NCBI RefSeq assembly: GCF_009914755.1
Contig: NC_060928.1
Strand: one strand, 5' to 3'
Length of the DNA stretch: 64,000 nucleotides
From: the human T2T-CHM13v2.0 reference genome, Homo sapiens
Below, one piece after another: positions 15,948 to 28,230 of the stretch. The translations under genes were made by a program, and so were the position numbers. Position 1 is the first letter of the stretch; every line of letters starts with the position of its first letter. The notes beneath the pieces were generated by a model, which was not told the origin of the DNA, ran no database searches, and worked only from the letters and a program-made list of their open reading frames with translations.

Positions 15948-18900
15948 AAGTAGGGTCAAATCTCAGAGCCTCTGCAGTTTTGGAGAAGCACGGTCTTTGC
16001 CACATAGGAAGCAATCAAAACTTGTAACTTGCATTGGTAGTATTACATAAAGAAAAAAATCTGGCATAAGTTGAAGTGTTTTCAAACTATGAAATAGTCT
16101 ATACATATTATATAACTGAATAAATTTGATGTGCTGGCAGATTTAGAAATTAATCTTAAAATTAAATAATAAAATAGCTATGATGAGCATAGCTTTTATA
16201 TATAAATTTTGACACAAATTTATAGATATAAAATATAAGTAACCTTTTATTTCAATATAAATGTTTTAGTATCATTCTATTTATGAATTCTTACTATATT
16301 AAGGTGGGTGTTTACATGTTCCTTTCTAAATCTTTTGATTGTTTTTATCTAACTTAAAATATCCCCTTTCCTCCTCTTAGGCACTATGATAACATCCCTT
16401 TGCCCTAGAGGACACTTGCCAGTTTGCATCCTGTGCTCTTCTCTTTGCTGGTTTTCTCTTTCACTCAGGGAGCAGACATGTGATTGGATCCTCACTTTGA
16501 GATTTAATTATTTGTGAGAGGCAAGCCATATATTTATTCATTGATTTCTTGCAAACTACAGCTCACAATGCTGACAATACCAACTGATAGCAACATTTTT
16601 AATCTTTTATAACTTTTTGTAGAGGTTATTGGCACATTATACACAAACTGACCTGATTAATTTGTTAAACTGTGTGGGTCACAGTCTAACAATCTAATTC
16701 CAAATTTAGTTCTTTATAATAACATTTACATGTATATAAGGCAAAACTGGTTAATGTGAAAAATACATGTACAAAGTAAAATAAACTACTGAAAGGATTT
16801 CAGCCTTTGGAAGAGGTTCATGATTCCCCCTCCCCTCCATTTTAATAAGTAAAATCAGTTATATTGTTTATAAAAGGAGAATTGACTACTTTTAGTCTGT
16901 ATTGTAGTCAAAGTTCATAAACTGGCTTCACTTTGTATGATATTCACATTTGAACTGTGTATCAATGTAGACATAGAAAAGTCACAAACTTGAAAGATTT
17001 AAAAATAGCACTATTAGGAGAGTCTAGATCCACAGATTATCTTTAGCACCTCAATCAATAGAGATAAAAATGTTACAAATTAGGCATTCTATCATATTCT
17101 TCTGCTTTTTACTGAGTGATGATGGATTTTAGTGTTAGTTTGTTGTTCCATCTTTGGTTTCTTTTAGTCTATGATCATTATTTTTATTTTATAGGCTGAT
17201 AGAACGTTATGGCTGTAAAAAGCTCTAGCATTTATCTAGTCAACTCTCCCATTTTGCCGATGAGAAAACAGGCTCAGCAAGGTTGCATCACCCAGGTCAC
17301 AGAATTAACTAATGGTTGAGCCTCATCAGGAACCCAGGCACAGTAAAGTTGGTGAGAATGTCATTTCCTATTACTTTTAAAATTTCTCTTTCATATATTT
17401 AAATCTGGCCTTCACATATCAGGTCAACTAATACGTGCAATAATGACTGAATATCTAATGTGGTATCTGGTGGTGAAATGGGTTTTTGAATGTCTATGAA
17501 CTGACTACATTATTATAGGTGTTTTGGTATCTATCAGATCATATCTCCACCATTACTTATGTACTTGTTTTGAATTCTTTCTTAGTAGACATACAGATTG
17601 TATTACATTTGGTTTCTTTTGTTAAGATCAAGAAAATATGGACTCTAGTATAGGGAATATGTTTTGTGTGAATGAAATTTGTTACTTATTCAGAGATTGA
17701 AATGACTATATTTTACAAAAGATTTTAAGTACTATGTTTAGCAAGAAAGGTTAAAGGTCACTATGAATAAACCATTGTTCAAAGTAATTTCCATGAATTA
17801 TGTAATTAAAAATTCATGCAACTCTATGAAAGAACTACTGCATTCTATAGATGAGGCTGAGAGAGGTTGTTATTATAGATATCTCATGGGGGTGAAGCTT
17901 GACAGAACCAAGATTTCAGCCCAGACGTTAGGTTCCAGAGCCACACTTAATCATAGCAATATAAAATAAACTAGAAAGTCTGCTTACCATATAAAATTGG
18001 ATGAAAGAGCCAACAGTTAAGAGAATAGAATTCAAATTAATATTGATTCAATAACTAGGTATAGATTAACAAGATTAAATATAAGAGGAAAAGTTTAAAG
18101 TTATTCACCCATGGAAGAAAAGCATACTTCTAAAACAGGAGATGAAAAAGTAAACTTTTACCAATCCTGGCAGAAAAATACGAGCCAGTCATGACTTGCT
18201 ATTATAATTTTTAAAAAGTATAATAAAAATATAGAATTTATGAACTAACAGTTACATTTCCAGCATGGTTAGAATTTGTAAAATTGCAGTTTCGTCTTTT
18301 CTTCTCAATTTATAATCCACTCCATTAGTAAAAAGCTATAACCACAAATCTCTGTGACAAATTTTTTTCTATCTTGGGCTTTATATGAGGCTGTTATGGA
18401 ACATCACCCCTAAGATCCTAGAGAGACTTTTGCCTGACAGAATGCTCTAAAGCTCCATCTTAGATCCTTCTGAGATTTTAGCACAAAATTTTACAGTCAC
18501 GCCTGGATTCGATGTTTGCTCTGAAGTTCTATCTTAATTTGAGAATTTTGGAGAGGCCGAGAATAAGAAACAATTTTTTAATTGAACTCAGCAAATTTCG
18601 ATTCCTTTATATTTAACAGTTCTTCTTTAACTGTTGCCTCTCCTTTATATTTTATTACCTAAAACACACCAGGGAGTAGTTTCAATACTCTTTGTGGAAC
18701 TATCCTTAGGTAGACCACATTGCATTGAGTATGTTTTTGATTTTCCATGTGGACCACAGGTGACAGTGCTGCTAAACTTTTTGCTACTCAGTAGCAAGGA
18801 TCCTCTTTCCTCTAGTTTCCAGCAACATTTTCCTCACTTTTCTTCAAGCCCTCACTGATAGCCTTCCTGAAGGCCCAAAGGCTTCTGCTAACAATTCTGA

Positions 18901-19269
18901 AAGTGAGACATCCTGAAGATGCTTGCAACTGGAAGCTGTCCGCTAACCGCATTGCTTGCAGCTGATTCTCTCTTGAAGGGAGTATTGAGCAAGTCACCTT
19001 CATGGTCACCATATATGACATTCATGCCAAGCCATGTTCTTGCTTCCACCAGTCTTTCTAGACTTCTCTACTGCCATTGCCAGCATCTCACTCTATATCT
19101 TTTGCCACACAAAGCTTGCATTACCTCAATATACCTTCAAATCACATAAAACCATAACCTATTCCAGGTTGAGTTAGGTGTCTCTGAGCACCCTATAATA
19201 CTTACAATACTGTAAGTACTTTCATAGCACCTTTGAAAGATCTTTATTACTGTATTATGGCATTCTATG

Positions 19270-19515
19270 GTACCTGGATTAAAGTCTTGGCTCTGACACT
19301 AATTAGCTTTGTGACCTTGGCCAAGTTATTGGGTCCCTCTGAGGCCTCATCTTTAACATAGGGATAGATGAAGTCTGAGCTTCATCTTTAACATAGGAAT
19401 AATAATATCATTTTCTCATAGGATTATTGAGATTACATGTGATAATACAGGTAAGTGCTCAGTACATAATCTAGCACAGAGTGAATGCTCAATAAGTATT
19501 AGCCATGATTATTAA
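19270..19515 (+). mobile_element. MIR SINE
   Basis: gtgaccttggccaagtta...cctcatcttt...ataggattattgaga...aagtgctcag core. Confidence 0.75.
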
Positions 19516-19716
19516 TGATCTGAACTAATGGACAGGATATGTTCACCGAGATTGCTGGATTGCAGAGCAAAACTGACATAAAGGTGACTCTGCTTCATCC
19601 CTCAAAGCACTTCTGTTTATAGGGAGACAGTGTAGATCCCTACTTTCTCAAGAGGCAGGATGTAAACTGAAGTCATCAGAATAATCTTTGTCAACCTTTC
19701 CCACCTTCTGTTTTAG

Positions 19717-20022
19717 GTCTACAGGACAATCCTTGGTTCTGTGACTGTCATATTTCCAAAATGATTGAGTTGTCAAAGGTCGTTGACCCTGCTATAGTGC
19801 TTCTGGATCCACTGATGACTTGCAGTGAACCTGAGCGCCTCACAGGAATTTTGTTTCAGCGGGCTGAATTGGAGCATTGTCTGAAACCATCAGTGATGAC
19901 CTCAGCCACCAAAATCATGTCTGCTCTGGGCAGTAATGTTCTACTGCGGTGTGATGCCACTGGCTTCCCCACCCCACAGATCACATGGACCAGATCTGAC
20001 AGCTCGCCAGTTAATTATACAG
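19717..20022 (+). CDS. LRIT3: LRIT3 coding exon 3 (LRRCT and first half of Ig domain)
   Basis: Acceptor ttttag|GT at 19716/19717; GLQDNPWFCDC...LRCDATGFPTPQITW; donor CAG|gtattt at 20022/20023; 306 nt, phase 1-1. Confidence 0.97.
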
Positions 20023-20363
20023 GTATTTTCTTAATTCAGCCCCATGATCAAAGGAGTTTACTAAGCTTTGAAGTTAACATCATGTGTTGTGTGATTTGAA
20101 ATTAGCTAGTTAACACTAATAAAATATTTCAAGATTATTGGGTGCAAGGGATTTTAAAGGTACATTTTATTCATTAGTATTCTCCTCAGTTTATCTAACT
20201 ACCTAGATAAAATTAAACAATCTAAACTCTTTTTCTTAGGTAGAATGAAACAATGCAGTGGATGGATCAATGGCAGACAAGGTCTTTGTCTTGCTTCATC
20301 AACTTGGATACAGCTTACTTCAAAATGTACAGCCTTTACAATTTTTTAAAAAGGGCCTTTTGC

Positions 20364-20644
20364 TGGTTGGGTGCGGTGGCTCACGCCTGTAATCCCAGCA
20401 CTTTGGGAGGCCGAGGTGGGTGGATCACCTGAGGTCAGGAGTTTGAGACCAGCCTGGCCAACATGGCAAAACTCCGTCTCTACTAAAAATACAAAAATCA
20501 GCTGGGCTTGGTAGTGTGCACCTGTAATCCCAGCTACTCAGGAGGCTGAGGCAGGAGAATTGCTTGAATTTGGGGGGTGGAGGTTGCAGTGAGTTAAGAT
20601 CGCACCACTGCAGAGTAAGACTGTCTTAAAAAAAAAAAAAAAAA
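20364..20644 (+). mobile_element. AluS element with small right-arm deletion
   Basis: Alu consensus with poly(A); lacks the cactccagcctgggcga segment near 20610. Confidence 0.93.
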
Positions 20645-21718
20645 GAAGGACGGGGGGCTTTTGTACAAGTCTCTCATTTTTGAATAATTATTTAAATAAT
20701 AAATTACATGGACACCTTATTATGAATCAAAAAGTATAATTTTTAGAAATATTGATTATATAGACTTTTCAGATCCTAGTGTGACAATGTGTATGCTTTG
20801 TGCCCAATTTCAAGAGTGATATTCTGACAATTAAAGTGATATATTTTTAAAACTCTTCAATATTAAACTAAAATTCAGGTTGAAATAATGAAACCTGATG
20901 GAAATAAAGAAGTTAAGGCCTAATGTTCCTATATATAGGTAGTCAATGGTCCACAGTTTCAGCTAGTGAGTTACGTTTTGGGCTACTGGGCTACTGTTCT
21001 GCGCATTATTATTATTCTTTGAAAAGCTTCTGAAATCAAGGAAGAATGAAAATATACCCAGATATCAGAGTTTAGGATAGCAAAATTCTGATTTTTTAAA
21101 AAACTATATGTTATTTGCAAACAAAAGAATCCTTGATTTGCCAGTTTACCTAAGTTAAATATAAAATAAATTATTCGGAATACAAATGATGACTCTGCCA
21201 TGCCAGAAAATGATCTGCTGTACCTCTGGCTATAGAGATATATGCATTTTATTACCATGAAAACATATAATAAGAAATACTTAAGTAAGATCTTATGAAA
21301 AACATTCCATAGAATCACAGTGACTTAAAATTGAAAGGGACCTTTGAGATTACTTCGTCTCATCCTCTTATTTTATAAATGCAGAAACAGAAGCCTAAAG
21401 ATATGAATTGACTTATCTACAACCAAACACTGTTTAGTGGGCAAAAGTTTCTAAAACCCAAGTGTCCTGATTCCCAGCCTTTTGTCTTTTAAAAATACTA
21501 TTCCCTGTACAGACCTCACAACACCTGGCAGGTCCTAGACCTTGATGTAAGCAGTTTGCAGAACTATCACCCACTGTCAGAGACTTGCAGGGTGCCATTT
21601 CCCTCTTGGCTTCTGTGAGAGGATGCATGTAGAGTGGATAGTTGTTTCCTCCTCAGTTGGCATGGTGGCTTGAATTTTCTTTTTGTTCCTCACAGACTAT
21701 ACATTTGTTTTCTTCCAG

Positions 21719-22863
21719 TAATACAAGAATCTCCAGAGGAAGGAGTCAGATGGTCCATAATGAGCTTGACAGGCATTTCTTCCAAAGACGCTGGGGATTA
21801 CAAATGTAAGGCCAAAAATCTGGCTGGGTTGTCAGAAGCTGTGGTTACTGTGACAGTGCTTGGCATTACCACAACTCCAATACCACCAGACACTTCTGAA
21901 AGAACTGGAGATCATCCTGAGTGGGATGTCCAGCCGGGATCTGGAAGATCTACATCTGTATCTAGCGCATCATCATATCTTTGGTCCTCTTCCTTCTCCC
22001 CCACATCTTCTTTTTCTGCTTCTACTTTGTCTCCTCCCTCTACTGCTTCCTTCTCTTTATCTCCTTTCTCCTCCTCCACTGTTTCTTCAACCACAACTCT
22101 GAGCACAAGCATCTCAGCAAGTACCACCATGGCCAACAAGCGATCATTCCAGCTCCACCAAGGTGGGAAAAGAAATTTAAAGGTGGCAAAGAATGGAAGT
22201 AAGCTTCCTCCAGCCAGCACAAGTAAGAAAGAAGAGCTGGCATTGTTGGATCAAACAATGCTTACGGAGACAAATGCCGCAATAGAAAACCTCAGGGTGG
22301 TCAGTGAGACTAAAGAGAGTGTGACATTGACGTGGAATATGATCAACACCACACATAACTCTGCAGTGACTGTGTTGTATTCCAAGTATGGTGGGAAGGA
22401 CCTGCTGCTGTTGAATGCAGACTCCAGCAAGAACCAAGTAACCATAGATGGCTTGGAACCCGGTGGGCAATACATGGCCTGTGTCTGTCCAAAAGGAGTG
22501 CCTCCCCAGAAAGACCAATGCATCACCTTTTCTACTGAAAGAGTTGAAGGAGATGATTCTCAATGGTCTCTCCTTCTCGTGGTGACCAGTACTGCCTGTG
22601 TTGTTATCTTACCATTGATTTGTTTCTTGTTGTACAAAGTTTGCAAACTGCAATGTAAATCAGAACCTTTTTGGGAAGATGATTTGGCAAAGGAGACTTA
22701 TATCCAATTTGAGACCCTGTTTCCCAGGTCTCAAAGTGTAGGTGAGCTCTGGACACGAAGCCACAGGGATGACTCAGAGAAATTGCTGCTTTGTTCTAGG
22801 TCAAGTGTGGAATCTCAGGTGACTTTTAAAAGTGAAGGTTCCAGACCAGAGTATTATTGCTAA
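21719..22863 (+). CDS. LRIT3: LRIT3 coding exon 4 (Ig end, Ser/Thr-rich stalk, FN3, TM, cytoplasmic tail)
   Basis: Acceptor ttccag|TA at 21718/21719; DAGDYKCKAKN Ig motif, FN3 (TLTWN...IDGLEPGGQY), TM LLLVVTSTACVVILPLICFLLY, stop TAA 22861-22863. Exon sum 116+473+306+1145 = 2040 nt = 679 aa. Confidence 0.97.
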
Positions 22864-24400
22864 GGTTCTGCAGCTCAGGTGCATGTGAGCTACAAAACTA
22901 GCATCTAAGGGTATAATTGACCCTAGGTTTGGATGACTTTTGGACAGACTTTCACATTGTACATGAAAATCACAAATGGAATGCTTTTAAGTATGTTTAA
23001 AAAATACCATGAGACCTCTGAACTGAAAAGACAAATAATGTTGATTTTTTTTCTTGTGTGGAAAAGGTCTACAGAAATAATTTTTAGAGTGGTGCTTAAT
23101 AAATTATTAATACTTTTTAGGGTAATGTTTTAGTTCTTAAAAATAAGTTCATGTGAAAGTAGCAAGTGAACTCTGTATTTAAAAATATAGTTTTTTGAGT
23201 CATGAGGAAACATTAGCAAAACCAGCTAAGCCTTGATGTTTATTCATGTTCGAAGTGCATTATAGCATTTGCTGTGGATGTTTTCTGACATTGCCTAATG
23301 GAGAGCGTGGGATCATAAAGGATTTTGTGTTCACTAAGGTTAAATCTAACTCACGGGAGAGAGAGGGCTCTGTCTCTTGGTACCATTATGCATTGTGATA
23401 CTATAGAGTTGTGTTCATATTTCTTGTAAGAAAAATTTTTGCTTTTCTTTAGAAATATAGGTATTAGCAAAAGTAAGTATACAAAGAGGATTATGACAAA
23501 TAGACCATTTCTTTAAAAATGGTAACTGTTGCATTTAAACACATCGGCTGACAGATTATATGGATATTTAAAAATAACTTTAAATCAATCTTTTAATATT
23601 TTGCTGTTTGCTCTTATGTTCTCCCTTCTTTCTTCCTTCCTTGTCTTCCCTCCCTTTCCTTCCTTCATTCTTTCTTTCTTCTGCTCTGTCAGAAGATATA
23701 CAAGTAGCCAAAGCATCACGAGCCAAGCTGTTTGTCTTTTGCCATATTGTCTTTTGATTCTCTTGATAAAGAGAAAGCTTTTGAAATTACTTACTGCCCT
23801 TTGAAAGTCTGTTTTACAACCCCAAAGGATATTTTAGGACTTTAAAAGGGAAGCTTCAGTGGATTCATTTGGTTAGATTCTTTTCCTAGGTTAAAAACAT
23901 CGGGGAACTTAAATACATAGGAAAGGAGTTCACAAATAAAATTTAGTTTTTTTAGAAAGAGAATATTTTAATAACTGTAGTATACCACAAGAAACATCTC
24001 ATGGCTTTAAGATTAACGATAGCGATAAGGCCCACTCAAGCATCTCACAGTGGTGATATTACATGTCACTTAGCAGGATGCAACCTGGCCTAGGGATTTC
24101 CAGAAGACAAGGCCACCTCAGCACAGATGCAACTTTCATAAATTTTAGAACAAAGCCTAACCTTACTAGATTAAACTTGCTCTATGAAAGAAACACTTGG
24201 TAATTGACCCAGACTGAATACATGTATAAGAAATGGGAAAGATCTCCCAAACTCTGAGAACGGTCCTCAAATAGAAGCTCTCCTAGTCAGTTGGTCATCT
24301 GACCTCTGACTATATCCGGCCTATGACACCAGCCAGCTCCTGCTTTCTGTCTTGTAAGAGCACTGCTGGAATAAACTACTTGAGCATTAGATGGTGTCTA
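22864..24400 (+). other. LRIT3: LRIT3 3'UTR with candidate poly(A) signals
   Basis: AATAAA at 23098-23103, 23935-23940 and 24370-24375; which is used cannot be determined from sequence alone. Confidence 0.6.
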
Positions 24401-24477
24401 AGACTCATCTTTGATGACAGGGATAAATCACCCTTGTGAAGCTGGCTAGCTGGGACCACCCAAAACCTCAGAACACA
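24064..24477 (+). mobile_element. Putative LTR of an old class III (ERVL-type) retrovirus
   Basis: TG...CA bounded ~414 bp; TATA-like TGTATAAG (~24223) and AATAAA at 24370; immediately followed by a PBS-like sequence at 24480-24501. Confidence 0.6.
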
Positions 24478-25364
24478 ACTAGCAGTGAGGATGAAATTTG
24501 AGTAAGCCAATGAGTGATGACACCCATTTCTACAGGAGGATCAAGGGAGAGTGGCCAGGGCCTGGCTCTGATCGAGAGATTGGGTGAGGTCTGAGGAACA
24601 CTCTACAGTGGGTCTGGCAGTTTTTGTTCTGTTTTCACATGTGTTGCTGCCTTCTATCTTTACTTTGTGCCTCTGTTTTGGAGGTCACCACCAGGTAAAA
24701 TTTGCCAAAATTACTTTTAAGACCACTCTGGTCCCACAGGAAGGTGGGCTTCTAGGAGGAGGGTGGTAGGAATGCTGTAGGCTGGTGGACACCCTGGGCT
24801 TGAAGAGCCAACCACCAGCTGGTATGTTTCTAGCCTCAGCTGTGGGAGAGGAGCTCCTCGTCCCCAAAGGTCCTGGCATCATGACCCCATAGACCAAGAA
24901 GGCTCAAGTACATCTTCTCCACAGAAAGCTTATCTGTTGTCTGCCAACTGGGGAAAGAGACTTCTCCAACATACCCCGGTCTAATGCCGTTAGCAAAGTC
25001 ACCAAATCACCAACGGGCATGTTGCTGCCATCCCTGTTCCTCTGCATGCTCCCAGTGAGACAGTGCGGCTTCTCCAGGGCTTTACCACCCCCTACAATGC
25101 CTGCTGGGTGCTGCCAGCAGCAGCCCATGAGCAGCACATCCAAATCATAGGGGCTCACCTCAGAGTTGCCACTCTGCACCTGGCTGACCTGGAGGCCTGT
25201 GAGCTGTGATCATCCTGAGTGCACCAGATTACCCCCAGCAGCACCACAGGCATTGCCAGTCACCACCTGGACACAGTTAAGAAAGCAGCTGCCACCTCCG
25301 CAAACAGCGAGGGTGAGGAAGAACTAATCTCGGATCCCAAAGCAAGCACTCTGTCTAGCAGGAC

Positions 25365-25648
25365 TCGGTTAGTAACTGTCAGAGCTGGTTGTTACAAAGT
25401 GAGGTTCTTCCTTGCCTTGGCTCCCTTTGGCACACTCACTTCCTTTTCCACTTCTCTGCCATGCTGTGACATGGCAGAGGCCTCACTGGAAGCTGACCAG
25501 ATATAGTGGGCAGATCTTTGACTCCTAGGCCTCCAGAATTGTAAGCCAAAGTAAACCTCTCTTCTTTATAAATTACTCAGTGTCCTGTTCTGGTGACTCT
25601 CCCTTATGCCTGTCTATTCTGTTATGACCACAGAAAACAGACTAAGAA
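25365..25648 (+). mobile_element. MaLR LTR fragment (MST-like)
   Basis: gcctccagaattgtaagccaaagtaaacctctcttctttataaattactcagt...aacagactaaga is a typical MST 3' end. Confidence 0.75.
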
Positions 25649-25744
25649 AATTCTTATGGATAGAAGATGCATTCTTACCTTAAATCTTTAGAAACCTATG
25701 AGGGTTTCTTACGCTTCATAGAAGCATATGAGGGTTTTTTGTTT

Positions 25745-26273
25745 TTCTGTTTTTTACCTTATTAAGTCAGGAACTTGCACCTTTTCACGTAAAGGAAGCA
25801 CTTTACAGCTTCTCTTTGGCATATCCAAGTTGCCTGCGTCACTATTCTTGTGCTTTGGGACCACTGTCAAGTAAAATAAGGGTTACTGGAATGCAAGCAC
25901 CGTGATACCACGACAGTCCATCTGATAACCATGGCGGCTTCTAAGTGACTGATGGGCAGGGAGTGCATGGTGTGGATCCTCCAGACAAAGTGATGACTTA
26001 TGTCCTGGGTGGGACGGAGCAGGATGGCAAAATATTTCATCAGACAACTCACAGCCACACCTCCTGGAAACACTCAAGAGCCCTACTTGCATTTGGCAGC
26101 CATCTGAAACGGACAAAACCTGAAACTCTAGCTTGACTGGACCACCTCCAAGATCAACTTAAAATTTATGAATTGTTTATTTGTAGATTTTCCATTAAAA
26201 ATTTTCGGACTGTGGTTGAAGTTGGGTATCTGAAAACGTGGAAAACAAAACCTCAAATAAGGGGGTACTACTG
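25745..26273 (-). mobile_element. Tigger2-like DNA transposon 5' end
   Basis: TIR CAGTAGTACCCCCTTAT on minus ending at 26273 next to TA; degenerate transposase N-terminus (PKAQE..DAGNLDMPKRSCKVLPLREKVQV). Confidence 0.75.
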
Positions 26274-27574
26274 TAGGCCCTTTGACACAAGCAGAAATTC
26301 GAAGCCTGCTCAAACACCTGATGCAGAGGCCCAACAGGAAAAGTGCCACCTGGCTGTGGTGTGCGTACTGAACAGGAAGGGTCTACAATTCACAGGCCAA
26401 GAATACAACAGCTGGCAGCTATCTCCAAAGATGGGAAGATTGATTTCATTACTTAAAGATCCTGTCAAGCTTCTCCAGGAAGCACAGTCAGGTGGGACTC
26501 TGGGCCCAGAGCAGGCAGACGTGACAGAAGCTATTCCTGTGCTCTGTCACAATGGCTGTTTATGGCCTGGCAAGCAGCACAATCCAGCATGAGCCTCCTT
26601 ACAACCAGGGCTGAAAGTGGATGAGGTACCTACCACAAAGGAAGGAAGAGAGCTACTGAGACGTTTAGGTGTGCTCCAGTGGGTTTACACACCTTCCATC
26701 TTCACAGGACAGAGGCAACACTCATCTAGCCCTTAACCCCAGCTTGACTCTATCTGGTCTATGAGGAGCTGCCTCATGCACAAAAGTTTCTCTACCTTCA
26801 CGTCACAGACACACTTTGGGCCCAGGCACTGCCTGTGCACCTTGTATCAGCATTATGAGGACCCCTGCCCCATCATATCCGCAGTGACTACTTCATGCCC
26901 TCTTGGACCAAACATAGACTTCTCTACCTGCTGAAAGACACCTTCACCGTTAACACCCAGGATAGCCATGGAGACTGGCCCACCAACCTTGACTAATCGC
27001 TAGCTGGCATTTGCCTAGTAGGCCACCTCCACCGCAGTTTCTATGGCCTGCACCTCCTGGAAAACTCAGTTGTGCTGGGCAGCCATCTGGGATGGACAAA
27101 ACCTGAAACTCTGACTTCACTGGACCACCTCCAAGATCACACTTTTGTATCTACAACATCCTCCAGTGCACAGTGTCTGCAGCCATTACTGCTTAGTTCT
27201 GAGTTCTCCTGGTCCTCCTCTTCCATTTTGGCCTGTCATTGCTCTGCAATCAAGCAGCTCCAAGCCTGCTACTGCCAAGTCCATTCAGCTCCTTTTATGT
27301 CCCTAGAGCCATTTTCCAAGCCCCAGTTTGCCTGCTGTCTTTCACTGCTCCAGGTGGCCCAACATTCCACATCGACATGTTGCTTCTTGAGACCTACTCA
27401 CTGATTACTCAGCACTGAAGTCACTGACAATTTCCACCACAGGGTCATTTTGGTCACCCACTGAGTGGCCAAACCTGGCTTGCTGAGCATCCCTTCACCA
27501 ACCTTCAGCCACTTGTCCACTCTTCACAATCAAGCCCTGGTTACTGTCAACTGCCCCTCCTTTGCCATTAGTGT

Positions 27575-28230
27575 GACTGCCCCCTATCCATGGTGAGACT
27601 GCCCCCTATCCATAGTGAGACTTCCCCCTATCCATTGGTGAGACTGCCCCCATCCATGGTGAGACTGCCTCCTATCCATGGTGAGACTACCCCCATCCAT
27701 GGTGAGACTGCCCCCTATCCATGGTGAGACTGCTCCCTATCCATGGTGAGACTACCCCCATCCATGGTGAGACTGCCCCCTATCCATGGTGAGACTGCTC
27801 CCTATCCATGGTGAGACTACCCCCCATCCATGGTGAGACTGCCCCCTATCCGTGGTGAGACTGCCCCCTATCCATGGTGAGACTGCCCCCTATCTGTGGT
27901 GAGACTGCCCCCATCCATGGTGAGACTGCCCCCTATCCATGGTGAGACTGCCCCCTATCCATGGTGAGACTGCTCCCTATCCATGGTGAGACTCCCTATC
28001 CATGGTGAGGTGCACCCATCCGTCTCACCTATCCATGGTGAGACTGCTCCCTATCCATGGTGAGACTGCCCCCATCCATGGTGAGACTGCCCCCTATCCA
28101 TGGTGAGACTGCCCCTATCCATGGTGAGACTGCCCCCTATCCATGGTGAGACTGCTCCCTATCCATGGTGAGACTGCCCCCATCCATGGTGAGACTGCCC
28201 CCTATCCATGGTGAGACTGCCCCCTATCCA
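27575..28230. repeat. Minisatellite/VNTR, 21-22 bp unit CCATGGTGAGACTGCCCCCTAT, about 30 copies
   Basis: Directly visible tandem array with variant units. Confidence 0.97.

Noticed and set aside
21634-21718. N-terminal extension of the 409-aa ORF
   Set aside because: Intronic sequence upstream of the exon 4 acceptor; GTG start, not a real N-terminus.
21860-22563. Overlapping and antisense ORFs in exon 4
   Set aside because: By-products of the Ser/Thr-rich low-complexity coding sequence.
27575-28230. CRISPR-like array
   Set aside because: Eukaryotic DNA; head-to-tail units with no unique spacers and no cas genes.
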